A stretch of DNA of 64,000 nucleotides. Origin: a virus. Under the pieces are notes generated by a model that saw only the letters and a program-made list of their open reading frames with translations, was not told the origin of the DNA and made no database searches. Both the position numbers and the translations under genes were made by a program. The DNA is taken from IMG/VR virus record IMGVR_UViG_3300032722_000006, positions 1 through 64,000 of that record; one strand, given 5' to 3'. Shown piece by piece: positions 1 through 8,666 of the stretch (positions are counted from its first letter, which is position 1; each line of letters opens with the position of its first letter).

Positions 1-1110
1 CGTGATCGCCTCAATCTCAATGAGACCACGATCCTGCATCAACTGCAGGTAGAAGTCATCATCATGTTGACCACGACCCTGAGCTCCATTTCTCTGCGGC
101 TTGGGACGCGTCCTACGTGAATCAAATAGGAAGTTAAGGTTGTCCCTGATAGGTGCAATCCAGGGTTCCATCTTCTCCTCGAGCGTTCCAGGAAGGAAAC
201 CGATGTCCTTGCCAACTGGCTGCACAGGACGTGTGACGACTAGCTTGTCGTACTTTGCCTTTGATACATCTCCTGCGCCTTTCAATTGCTCAAGCCCTGC
301 GGCAAGTGCTAGCAAGGTCTTGCCAGTCCCGCTGGGACCCACAAGGGTCAGAAGCTTGATGTTGTCATCAAACAGCAGATCAAGAGAGAACGTCTGTTCC
401 TTGTTCCTGGGTTTGAGACCGTACGCCTGATCGATCTTTGCGATCGCAACGAGAGGCTCATCAGGATTGAGACACTTTGCGATCGCAGACTTTGACGTCT
501 GTCCGTCACGGACATTCTTGATGATTACGATCTGGTTGGGATAGATCTTGTTTGACCTAAGCTGCTCTTCTGGAAGAGCGATCTGACCATTCTTGTAGAA
601 CTCATCTACCGATTGCTCAGGTACCTCGATAACCGCAACTCCACGGTAGAACTTCTGCGGGTCATCGGCGACGCGCATCTTGCGGTAATCTTCACACTTC
701 ACACCAAGACTATCACACTTGATGCGAACGTTGATGTCCTTTGATACAAGGATAGCACCAGCGCTTGCCATTGACAGTGCAAACGAGATGATCAGATTGT
801 CTGGCTTGTCAGCCTGCAGACCCGGGGGCAAGTTGGTCGCTGAGGCAGTCTCAGGAACAGCGACACGCAGCGTGCCATTGTCCTTTAGTTCCACACCTGT
901 GACCAGGCTACCTTTTTCTCGCAGGTTGTCGAGTGAACGAGTGACCTCCCTCGCGTTACGACCGACCTCATCAGGCCGGCTCTTGTGCCTGTCAAGCTCC
1001 TCGAGAACAACAAGCGGGATCACAACGTCATGCTCCTTGAAGGAGAAGATCGAATTGGGATCACTGAGGAGTACGTTTGTATCCAGAATGTACGTCTTCT
1101 TGTCGCTCAT
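1..1110 (-). CDS. phoH: PhoH-family protein with N-terminal PIN domain (YlaK/PhoH2 type), runs off the window's left edge
   Basis: Not in the ORF track because it has no stop in the window. Manual translation gives MSDKKTYILDTNVLLSDP...VLEELDRHK (PIN), Walker A GPSGTGKT, and DIGFLPG. SD-like AGGAG lies upstream of ATG 1110. Confidence 0.9.
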   Translation of the reverse strand, partial: MSDKKTYILDTNVLLSDPNSIFSFKEHDVVIPLVVLEELDRHKSRPDEVGRNAREVTRSLDNLREKGSLVTGVELKDNGTLRVAVPETASATNLPPGLQADKPDNLIISFALSMASAGAILVSKDINVRIKCDSLGVKCEDYRKMRVADDPQKFYRGVAVIEVPEQSVDEFYKNGQIALPEEQLRSNKIYPNQIVIIKNVRDGQTSKSAIAKCLNPDEPLVAIAKIDQAYGLKPRNKEQTFSLDLLFDDNIKLLTLVGPSGTGKTLLALAAGLEQLKGAGDVSKAKYDKLVVTRPVQPVGKDIGFLPGTLEEKMEPWIAPIRDNLNFLFDSRRTRPKPQRNGAQGRGQHDDDFYLQLMQDRGLIEIEAIT

Positions 1111-1230
1111 CTGCTCTCCTGAAAGTGTTACCTTCTTGTGCGCGCTGATCATGAACTGTTTCGTTTCCTTTGAGTTTTTGTACAGTACGGCCTTCTTGGG
1201 TAACAATATCAACTGGCGGACAACTAATCA

Positions 1231-1515
1231 ATGGATCAAGACAATAAGAAGCACCTCAACGTCGTCAAGGATGAACCTAGCCGAGTCGTGGACGGCACAA
1301 CCTGTTTCGCAGTGCAAGCGCAATGTGGTGTCAGTTGTCAACGGAAACGTTGTCCTCACTGGATTCCTTGTGAAGAGGAACATAATTGCGTCATGATTGC
1401 TGCACAGAACGGTCCTCACACCCTACAGAAGATTGGTCAGATCTACGACCTGACGCGCATGCGCATCTGTCAGATCGAAAAAGCAATCTTCGAGAAGATT
1501 CGGAAGATTTCGTAG
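1231..1515 (+). CDS. Small Cys-rich protein with C-terminal sigma70 region-4-like HTH
   Basis: HTLQKIGQIYDLTRMRICQIEK matches the sigma70 r4.2 pattern (TLxEIGxxxxLTRERIRQIE). Six Cys lie upstream of it. Confidence 0.75.
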   Translation: MDQDNKKHLNVVKDEPSRVVDGTTCFAVQAQCGVSCQRKRCPHWIPCEEEHNCVMIAAQNGPHTLQKIGQIYDLTRMRICQIEKAIFEKIRKIS

Positions 1516-1517
1516 TA

Positions 1518-1907
1518 TCAGCTCGCAGGAGTGACAGGCTTCTTGCCGCGTGATTTCTTGCTGCTGGCAATCACAGTCACGTCCTCTGTCTGCGTGCCAT
1601 CTGAAGCTGTCTCGATCTTGACGTCGACCTCTGCGACCAGTTCGCCCTTGTCATCAAGAACCTCACCGACATATTCTTTTTCGTCCGCTTGAACCGCAGT
1701 AACAATCGGCTCTACCACGACAGAAATAGGCGGTGCGACAGGCACCACGACGTGTGCTGCAGGAACAACTACGGGTGGCTTCACAACGATCTTTGCTGCA
1801 GCATCAGCATCAACCAGATGACCGGTTACGTGTGAAACTTTGTGTGGCTTCGTCGGATCTAGACGAAGTTCATGAATGTCACGAAGTGCTGCTTTCGGTG
1901 CCGGCAT
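1518..1907 (-). CDS. Hypothetical protein, Val/Pro-rich linker, basic C-terminus
   Basis: 129-aa ORF with AGGAG SD upstream. Confidence 0.65.
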   Translation of the reverse strand: MPAPKAALRDIHELRLDPTKPHKVSHVTGHLVDADAAAKIVVKPPVVVPAAHVVVPVAPPISVVVEPIVTAVQADEKEYVGEVLDDKGELVAEVDVKIETASDGTQTEDVTVIASSKKSRGKKPVTPAS

Positions 1908-1941
1908 ATGCTATCTCTCCTGTTCACATAACTAGGCGCTA

Positions 1942-1978
1942 GAAACGACGAAGCCCCGGCTGCGGCAGCCGGGGCCTC
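1942..1978 (-). terminator. Intrinsic terminator after the Hc1-like gene
   Basis: GC-rich inverted repeat gccccggctgc-g-gcagccggggc (1953-1975), followed on the minus strand by TTCGTCGTTTCT. Confidence 0.7.
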
Positions 1979-2000
1979 ATCACTGCTCAGTTCAGGCGTT

Positions 2001-2273
2001 TCACTCGTCATCGTCGCTTGAGGCGACTGCAGCTTCCCCGGGTGTCTTTGCCTTCTTGTCGCGCGGCGGACGGGATGCACGCTTGTCCTTGTCAAGGACG
2101 ACAGTGAGCTTCACAAGCTCAGCAGCCTTGAGCTTCAGGGTACGCAATCCCTTCCTCGAGCGAACGCCAGCAGCCGCAACGCCACGGGCATTCTTTGCGA
2201 TGTCATATTCCAGTCCATCGATCACTGCCTTGAGCTCTGTCCACTTCGCGATCACCTTGTTGTCTGTTTCCAT
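2001..2273 (-). CDS. Histone H1-like nucleoid protein, Hc1 family
   Basis: DIAKNARGVAAAGVRSRKGLRTLK resembles the Hc1 core (D..K..KGNKAAG.R.RK). Lys/Arg-rich tail. Confidence 0.65.
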   Translation of the reverse strand: METDNKVIAKWTELKAVIDGLEYDIAKNARGVAAAGVRSRKGLRTLKLKAAELVKLTVVLDKDKRASRPPRDKKAKTPGEAAVASSDDDE

Positions 2274-2352
2274 GTTTATTAACCTCGATCAATATCTATA
2301 TCGCTCTCACACAGTCGTAAAACAATTTATGCTACGAGCGTGTCCCGTAGGC

Positions 2353-4026
2353 TTAGGTGAGCGCAGCCAAAAATTCACTTGGAAACATCTGGTGATTGGC
2401 TTTGTAGAGCCGTTCCCAGTCAGTGTCGAGAATGTATGAAGTTGCGTGATCCCGTTCATTCCTGACCGATCTACCGAACGCCTGGACGATCGAACGTACC
2501 GTCTGACACGCATACCAGTCGGGATTCTTTTCTTTACGTAGCTGCACGACCTGGTCACCCAGGTACGGGAAGGGAACCTTGCAGAGAATCTGAAACCTGC
2601 TGGCGTCATCAACAAGGTCAACGCCCTCCGTCATTGAGGGACTGATGAGGACAGTTGGATCCGGACACTTCAGATGAAAATCGATCATCTCATCACGATT
2701 ATCTGAATTGTGAAGCAACAGCCTCGGCGACTTGAGCGTGTCAACGATGTACTTTGCGATCTTATAATTGACACAGTGACAGATGCCCTTCTCGTCCTTG
2801 TGCAGGTCGAGCAGTTGACCCACAACGAGCGCGAGCTTCGGCAGCGTTGTCTCGATGTTCGCTCGTGACATGCTTCCGACCGCGAGGTAATGGATGGGCC
2901 TGTTCGCGACAGGGAACGGAGATGGAAGATGCATGTATGCAGCGTCGTCAGGATTGATGCCTACTGACTTGCAGAAGACGTCCTTGTTGATGACTGTGGC
3001 TGACATCAACAACACGCGACTTCCAAACCTGTACAGGTGCGACTCACCGTAGGCTGAAACGTCGACCGGCTTGAACTCGAACTTTCGTCCTGCGTTGTTG
3101 TCCTTCGAGTCGGGCCTCACGTAATTCATGACCCAATTGTCGGGGTTGTATACCTCGATGAAGCGGTTGATTTTACAGATGTGCTTGTCGAGCATCTCGT
3201 ACCGCTTGCCGACATCGTTCAAGCCCGTGTGGTCGGCGCTGTCTGACTTGAAGATCTCATTCATGCGCTTCGTCAAGCCCGACATCAGCTTTGCAACAGC
3301 CTTCTTGTAAGGTCCCTGAACCCACTCGAACACCTCTGCGGGTGTGCTTAGCCTGGGAACCTTACAACCTAGCGTCTTTGCAAACCGTTCTGAGAATGTG
3401 ACCTCGATGAACTTGCCGAGCTCGTTCTCCACATTGTGACACTCGTCGATGACCAGCAATGACCGTGGCGTAAGTTGCTTTGCGTACATCGTCTCAGCCA
3501 GGAAGTACGAAAAGTTCGTGATGCCAAGTGGATGCTCGAGGAACTCCTGCTTGTCTAACACGTACGGACACGCCTTCTTGCAGCACTTTGCGAAAGGCGT
3601 GTCGTCAATTGACTTGCCCATCTGTTTGAGCAATCGACGTGAATCAGAACATCGAAGGTCAGCGTAGAAGCGGCAACAGTAGTTGTTCGCAGATTTGAGC
3701 GATCGCATGAGATTCCTGCCCGACCCAGGACCAAAATCGTCAATGTATTGCTGCTGCAGGATCTTCTGCGTTGTGATGAAGTACGAACCCTTCACCGGGT
3801 CGCTCTCTCCGTCAACGTTCTTTACGTACGATTGACCACCGTGTTCCTCTAGAAACCTCGCTAGCGTAACGCCGATAACAGACTTGCCAATGCCTGTACC
3901 AGCATCGAGGATGACGAAGCGCTTTTTCTGATTGAGAAACGCATCAAGCGCGAACTCTATCGCCTTTCGTTGCTCATCACGGATGTTTTCGAAAGGAAAA
4001 TAGGGCGTGTAGTCCGGATAGGTCAT
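2353..4026 (-). CDS. DinG/Rad3(XPD)-family SF2 helicase
   Basis: Q motif (RDEQ), AGTGIGKS, DECH, MSAT, EGVD and QAFGRSVR. Cys cluster consistent with an Fe-S domain. Confidence 0.9.
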   Translation of the reverse strand: MTYPDYTPYFPFENIRDEQRKAIEFALDAFLNQKKRFVILDAGTGIGKSVIGVTLARFLEEHGGQSYVKNVDGESDPVKGSYFITTQKILQQQYIDDFGPGSGRNLMRSLKSANNYCCRFYADLRCSDSRRLLKQMGKSIDDTPFAKCCKKACPYVLDKQEFLEHPLGITNFSYFLAETMYAKQLTPRSLLVIDECHNVENELGKFIEVTFSERFAKTLGCKVPRLSTPAEVFEWVQGPYKKAVAKLMSGLTKRMNEIFKSDSADHTGLNDVGKRYEMLDKHICKINRFIEVYNPDNWVMNYVRPDSKDNNAGRKFEFKPVDVSAYGESHLYRFGSRVLLMSATVINKDVFCKSVGINPDDAAYMHLPSPFPVANRPIHYLAVGSMSRANIETTLPKLALVVGQLLDLHKDEKGICHCVNYKIAKYIVDTLKSPRLLLHNSDNRDEMIDFHLKCPDPTVLISPSMTEGVDLVDDASRFQILCKVPFPYLGDQVVQLRKEKNPDWYACQTVRSIVQAFGRSVRNERDHATSYILDTDWERLYKANHQMFPSEFLAALT

Positions 4027-4034
4027 TTGGACTC

Positions 4035-4064
4035 ACAGTATCATTCTGTGAGGCAAATGTACAC
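4035..4064 (-). promoter_or_regulatory. Sigma70-like promoter of the helicase gene
   Basis: GTGTACA-17 nt-TACTGT, ATG 8 nt downstream. Inverted repeat CTCACAG/CTGTGAG (4032-4052) overlaps the -10. Confidence 0.55.
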
Positions 4065-4684
4065 TACTTGTTGGTACCAATGACCTTGTCAACAATCCCG
4101 AACTTGATCGCATCGTCAGGTGTGATGTAGTAATCGAGACCACGTCTCATGACTTTCTCAACTTGAACTTGGGTCATCTTTGACTCATTGACAAGAGCGT
4201 CTACCATGAGCTTCTGAAGGCGCTTTGCCTCGTTCGTCTCATTCTCGATCTCAAAGATGTTTCCGTATAGACCAGCGCTGAGAGGATGCATCATGATCCT
4301 AGCCGACGCGCCGATGAGTCTCTTTCCCTTTGTTCCTGCCGCTAGCAGTAGAACACCGGCTGACATCACCTTTCCCAACGCAACGGTGTGCACAGGACAT
4401 GGTAGGAACCTCATCGTATCGTAGAGGCTAAACATCTCATCAAGAGAACCTCCGTACGTTGACACGATCAGATAGATTGGCGCTTGACTGACGTTTGCCA
4501 GCACGAGCATCTGTGCAATGACGTTCGAAATCGCATTCTCTGTCACGTCACCGTGAAGGAACACCATCCTCGTGTTGTCGACCTGAGGCATGAACATCTG
4601 CTCAAGCATTTCGGCAGGCATCCCATTGCGAGTGCGTGCTGCATGTTCCGATCCTTTGTTCTCAAACGTTTGGCGTCCCATCAT
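4064..4684 (-). CDS. clpP: ATP-dependent Clp protease proteolytic subunit
   Basis: RMVFLHGDV, STYGGS, catalytic Ser (KVMSAG), His (RIMMHP) and Asp (LDYY). Start set at ATG 4684 after GGAGG. Confidence 0.9.
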   Translation of the reverse strand: MMGRQTFENKGSEHAARTRNGMPAEMLEQMFMPQVDNTRMVFLHGDVTENAISNVIAQMLVLANVSQAPIYLIVSTYGGSLDEMFSLYDTMRFLPCPVHTVALGKVMSAGVLLLAAGTKGKRLIGASARIMMHPLSAGLYGNIFEIENETNEAKRLQKLMVDALVNESKMTQVQVEKVMRRGLDYYITPDDAIKFGIVDKVIGTNK

Positions 4685-4937
4685 TTCCTCCCGTAATCTC
4701 GTGGTCAGGTTCAGGTGTCCCAATCAGGAATAGGTCCTCGCCGCCGAGCTCTCTCACCAGGGACGTGATAGCACGTGTTTGTTCCATGCTCTCAAGCTCT
4801 GAAGCTAGCAAATAGATGACCAGAAGCGTCTGTCGTTGCGTGACGCCAAAGTTGTTGATCTCTCGCACGATCTGACGACACACCTGATTTTCCGCGGCGC
4901 GCTTCTCAGATTGTGCCTCTCCATACAATGTTGTCAC
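4662..4937 (-). CDS. Hypothetical protein
   Basis: 91-aa ORF overlapping both neighbours in a co-oriented run. Confidence 0.65.
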   Translation of the reverse strand: MTTLYGEAQSEKRAAENQVCRQIVREINNFGVTQRQTLLVIYLLASELESMEQTRAITSLVRELGGEDLFLIGTPEPDHEITGGNDGTPNV

Positions 4938-5398
4938 TTGACTACCTCCTCACGGGTGAACGTCTCAACCTTGTAAAGATCCTCACCAAAGATGCGTAGG
5001 TACTTTCCTTGCCTGAGACCTGCTTCTTCATCCGTCGATAGCACAACAAATGACCCCCATTGTTTGTTGTCAATGATGAACTTCACAGATTCCCAGGTTG
5101 GAAGATCAGCCTTGTTCAATTCTAACAACTCAACGAGATTTGCGTTCATGCCAACACGTACATCCTCGATCGTCACTAGCGACTTCATCGATTCACGTGA
5201 AACGATCTCGGACTTACAAACGTCAAGCACCTTATGAACGATTCCGCAGTTGTTACACTGTGCGAACTTCACACGAGCAGATCCATCGTCCTCTATTACA
5301 GAGAAAACAACGAACTGGTGTGAGGGCGGATCCTTAGCACGTTTGAATTGTGGCAAGATACATCGACACGTGATCAGGTGTTTCAGACCGGTCGCCAC
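4934..5398 (-). CDS. Hypothetical protein with CxC and CxxC motifs (possible Zn-binding)
   Basis: LITCRC and QCNNCGIVH. 4-nt overlap with the next gene. Confidence 0.7.
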   Translation of the reverse strand: MATGLKHLITCRCILPQFKRAKDPPSHQFVVFSVIEDDGSARVKFAQCNNCGIVHKVLDVCKSEIVSRESMKSLVTIEDVRVGMNANLVELLELNKADLPTWESVKFIIDNKQWGSFVVLSTDEEAGLRQGKYLRIFGEDLYKVETFTREEVVK

Positions 5399-5408
5399 GC
5401 GTCAGACC

Positions 5409-5672
5409 TTACTTTGCCAGGTCAACTGCGTTCTCTTCAACCTTCTCGATCACTCCCGCAACAGCTCGAGAGAACGTCTTCGAACCCTTGTGAAAACCTT
5501 CCTCGATCGAGGAATTGATGATTGCAAGCAACTTGACAAGCACCTGAGGATCAACCTTGAGTGCAGTACGTGTTGCTGTCGTGACGTTGTTGTTGACAGA
5601 GTCCTTGATGCCCTCCATTAGGGTCCAAGCTGCCTTGCTGATCTGATCGTGTGGATTAAGATGATTGCTCAT
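5409..5672 (-). CDS. Hypothetical helical protein
   Basis: 87-aa ORF in a co-oriented run. Confidence 0.6.
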   Translation of the reverse strand: MSNHLNPHDQISKAAWTLMEGIKDSVNNNVTTATRTALKVDPQVLVKLLAIINSSIEEGFHKGSKTFSRAVAGVIEKVEENAVDLAK

Positions 5673-5736
5673 GAGGTACCTTCATCTCTAATGATACCGC
5701 ATACTTAGACGTAGTAAACAGCAAGGTGAACTAAAC

Positions 5737-6777
5737 ATGGCACAATCGCTCAAGGAACGGTACGAAGTCAAGCGCCTAAACGATCTTCGTGAACGCTTGC
5801 ATGTCATTGATGAGCAATGGGACTACACAGATGCACTGATCATTGAAGCGTTCGACAAACAGCAAGTGATCCAGGCTGGTGAACTGTTCAAGAAATTGAA
5901 CGGCGTCAACTTTGGATCGTTGGGAGAATTGACGAACGCAAAGAAGAAAGTCATGTCTGACATCAGCGACATCGTTGGTGGGAAAGAGGGCGGGGGTCGC
6001 TTCTTCAAGAAGATCATCAATGCACTCCGGAGTAAGGAGACAGACAATCCGCTCTTGGATGCAGGTGAATTCTGCGAGAAACTTGAGGAATTTTTCGATA
6101 CGTTCCCAAGCCTCATGCAATCACAACTTAACATCTCACAAGATGAGATGAAGGGAGACAAGACGCTTGCTGAAATCATCGCTGCAAAAGGTGGCGACGT
6201 AACTAATGCCGACAAACAGAGCATTAGTGGACTTCGTGGAAGTACAACAAAACCGGTAAAAAAAAGCCTAAACCAGCTGTCGAACATCATCAAGAAGGGT
6301 TTATTGCCCAATCGATACATCGAAAATCCCAAAGATCTAGCAGAGCAAATTGCTAGCATCAAGCTTTCAGAACTCAGCACAATCACACAAGCTGTCAAGG
6401 GAGCACTTTCTGGTGCGGCAGAGATTTTCAAAGGCATGACTGCAGCTCAACAGGCCGGACAGGGACAACCCACTGGTGGAGCTTCTGGCACGGCGCCCGC
6501 AACAGCGGGCACAGGAACTAGCCCTTCGTCTCCTAACACGCCTGGTCAACAGCCTCCCGCACCGACCGGCACGAATGCGCAGCCAAAGCAAACTGTCAAT
6601 AACGTTGTTGCTGCCGCTGCGAAGGCAACGAACCTGGGTGCTGACGAGATCAAGAAAGTGATCGATCATTTGGTGAGTGCCAACGTGATTGACAAGGACA
6701 AATTCGCTCCGGAGCCTGCAGCTACACAAAAGAAAGCAGGACGTGCAGCGAGAACAAATCGGCCTCGTCGACCGTAG
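5737..6777 (+). CDS. Hypothetical protein with P/Q/T/G-rich linker, possibly late/virion-associated
   Basis: 346-aa ORF with AAGGTG SD, preceded by the ATACTTAG motif at 5701. Confidence 0.75.
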   Translation: MAQSLKERYEVKRLNDLRERLHVIDEQWDYTDALIIEAFDKQQVIQAGELFKKLNGVNFGSLGELTNAKKKVMSDISDIVGGKEGGGRFFKKIINALRSKETDNPLLDAGEFCEKLEEFFDTFPSLMQSQLNISQDEMKGDKTLAEIIAAKGGDVTNADKQSISGLRGSTTKPVKKSLNQLSNIIKKGLLPNRYIENPKDLAEQIASIKLSELSTITQAVKGALSGAAEIFKGMTAAQQAGQGQPTGGASGTAPATAGTGTSPSSPNTPGQQPPAPTGTNAQPKQTVNNVVAAAAKATNLGADEIKKVIDHLVSANVIDKDKFAPEPAATQKKAGRAARTNRPRRP

Positions 6778-6779
6778 TA

Positions 6780-8003
6780 CTACGCTAGATAAGCGCCCAC
6801 GTTCGTGAGCATCTCGTAGCATCTGTCAGCGTACACTTGAGAGGCAAGTTCTGTCGTGATCGGCAGACCGTCATCTGTCACGCCATAATCAACGATGGAT
6901 TTGATCGCTCGTAAAGTGTAGTCTATCGCTTGTGAATTGATGACGAAATCCTTATCATTCGGCAGGCGTATCACGACATGGTTCGGACTCAATGACTTGA
7001 TGCGTTTGTCGAGCAACATGGACACGTCCTCAATGCTGACATTCTCGCGGCGTTTCCTTAGCTCAGCAACGTGTTCCCTGACGCGGTCGTGGGTAGACGT
7101 GTTAGTCACGATCGTGCGACCGTGGAAAATTGTCACCTGATCTACACATGGGAGACATTCAAACTTGATGCTGCTGATCAGGTCACCTTTCAGGCTTGAG
7201 GTTAGGTCACATCCTGACACGACTGAAATGTCGATCAACGAGTTCATTCCTTCAAGGTCAAATGGCACGCCTACTGGCACAACACGAAGACTTCCTCTGT
7301 CGTAGTTCACCTTGAGCGTGTGCTTGACGTCCTCTGACATTCCCCTTGAGAATATGATGACGGGTTCTTTTGCAGCACTGGAGGCTTCGAGCAGGTGATG
7401 CACCTCTGACACGTCTTCGACGTAACCGTCAATGCACACGATCCGAGGGCGCATGAAACTTACGTCCATGGGCAACAGCTGTTGAAGCTCAAACGTGTAT
7501 CCCCTGACGAGCTCAACAGATGGCGTGTTTGACGTTGTCTTTTCGACAATGATTCGTCCTGCAAATCCCGCCAGAGAGATCGCTTCCTTCACCATCGCTG
7601 CAGTCAATTTTCCTCCTGATGAGGTGTATGACCCTACGATCTTGTCAACGTCACTGACAGACGCGTGTCTCGGGTTTGCACGTGACGAGCAATTTTTCTC
7701 TTGGTGGACACTGCCACGGTGACTTTGAAATTTCTCAAGCAGCAACGTGATGGCACGATTGAATCCTCCCGGGCCTAGCTTCTCTGCTCGTGTGGCATGG
7801 GTCATCATCAGTTCGTACACCATCCGATCAAGAACGTTGTTGAACTTGATGTTGAACAGCGTCTGCAAGCGCGTGTGGACAGTGGGCTTGCCTGAAACCT
7901 CAGCAATGAACCTGCCATTTTCGCACGACTGCAACGGTGTCAATGCAGACACAATGCGTTTCACGGACGCAGAAAGTTCCTCAGCAGTGTACACCTCCAC
8001 CAT
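6780..8003 (-). CDS. Divergent, shortened GroEL/Cpn60-like protein lacking the GDGTTT motif
   Basis: GRIIVEK...ELVRGYTFE, PRIVCIDG, HHLLEA...EPVIIF, TLKVNYDRGSLRVVPV, LIDISVVSG and LDKRIKSL align with GroEL intermediate/apical segments. Confidence 0.75.
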   Translation of the reverse strand: MVEVYTAEELSASVKRIVSALTPLQSCENGRFIAEVSGKPTVHTRLQTLFNIKFNNVLDRMVYELMMTHATRAEKLGPGGFNRAITLLLEKFQSHRGSVHQEKNCSSRANPRHASVSDVDKIVGSYTSSGGKLTAAMVKEAISLAGFAGRIIVEKTTSNTPSVELVRGYTFELQQLLPMDVSFMRPRIVCIDGYVEDVSEVHHLLEASSAAKEPVIIFSRGMSEDVKHTLKVNYDRGSLRVVPVGVPFDLEGMNSLIDISVVSGCDLTSSLKGDLISSIKFECLPCVDQVTIFHGRTIVTNTSTHDRVREHVAELRKRRENVSIEDVSMLLDKRIKSLSPNHVVIRLPNDKDFVINSQAIDYTLRAIKSIVDYGVTDDGLPITTELASQVYADRCYEMLTNVGAYLA

Positions 8004-8024
8004 GGAGGCATCGTACTCAATGGG

Positions 8025-8447
8025 TCAATGGAAGTGTTGAACGATATAGTCGAAGAGAATCTTGCCACCACCTGCGATTAGCAACCCACCGACTGTCCCA
8101 AGAACCCACTTCCAGGTGCTGTTCACCTTCATGATCCACACGTCGTGGTGCTTCACCTTGACGTAAATTCCGTGATCTGGGTCATTGATAGACGCATTGA
8201 TGTGATCGATCTTCACACTAGCAGACTCGAGTTGAGACTTGATGCTCTTGATCTCACCAACTTCCTGAACCAGGTCATTGTAGCCTCCGTTGAGGATTGG
8301 TGCATCAAGACGGTCCTGAAGTTGAGCAAGAACGTCATTCTGTTGTGCCAACACGCGATTTTGCTCTCGAAGAGTCCTAGTCGTCTTCTTTTCGAATTCC
8401 GACGTTACCCTTCGCGCTACACTGACCTGTGTCTGCTTACGTGCCAC
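8025..8447 (-). CDS. Hypothetical coiled-coil protein with C-terminal transmembrane helix
   Basis: GTG start after GGAGG. Hydrophobic segment WKWVLGTVGGLLIAGGGKILF. Confidence 0.7.
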   Translation of the reverse strand: MARKQTQVSVARRVTSEFEKKTTRTLREQNRVLAQQNDVLAQLQDRLDAPILNGGYNDLVQEVGEIKSIKSQLESASVKIDHINASINDPDHGIYVKVKHHDVWIMKVNSTWKWVLGTVGGLLIAGGGKILFDYIVQHFH

Positions 8448-8456
8448 GTATCCTCC

Positions 8457-8545
8457 GCTAGATCAAGATTTCTAATTTCTAATTTCTAGCAGATCGGATC
8501 AGAAATTTCTAGATCTTAGATCTAAGACTAAACCTGCTAGATGTA
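8457..8545. repeat. AT-rich intergenic patch with GATC cluster, 3x ATTTCTA and palindromes (origin-like)
   Basis: Five GATC in about 65 bp, three tandem ATTTCTA, and palindromes AGAAATTTCT and TCTTAGATCTAAGA, between divergent genes. Confidence 0.6.
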
Positions 8546-8620
8546 AATGGACAAATGTGCACGTTCGTCGTGCTGAACGTAAGTAGGAAGTTCGAGTAAG
8601 AACATCAACGTACAAATAAC

Positions 8621-8650
8621 GTGAACAGGTTTCAATCGAGTGCATACAAT
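8621..8650 (+). promoter_or_regulatory. Sigma70-like promoter heading the glycan island
   Basis: GTGAACA-17 nt-TACAAT. Confidence 0.6.
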
Positions 8651-8666
8651 GGTCTCGAGGCCACAC

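Noticed and set aside
101-1396. Plus-strand ORFs 101..430 and 719..1396
   Set aside because: Antisense to the clear PhoH gene.
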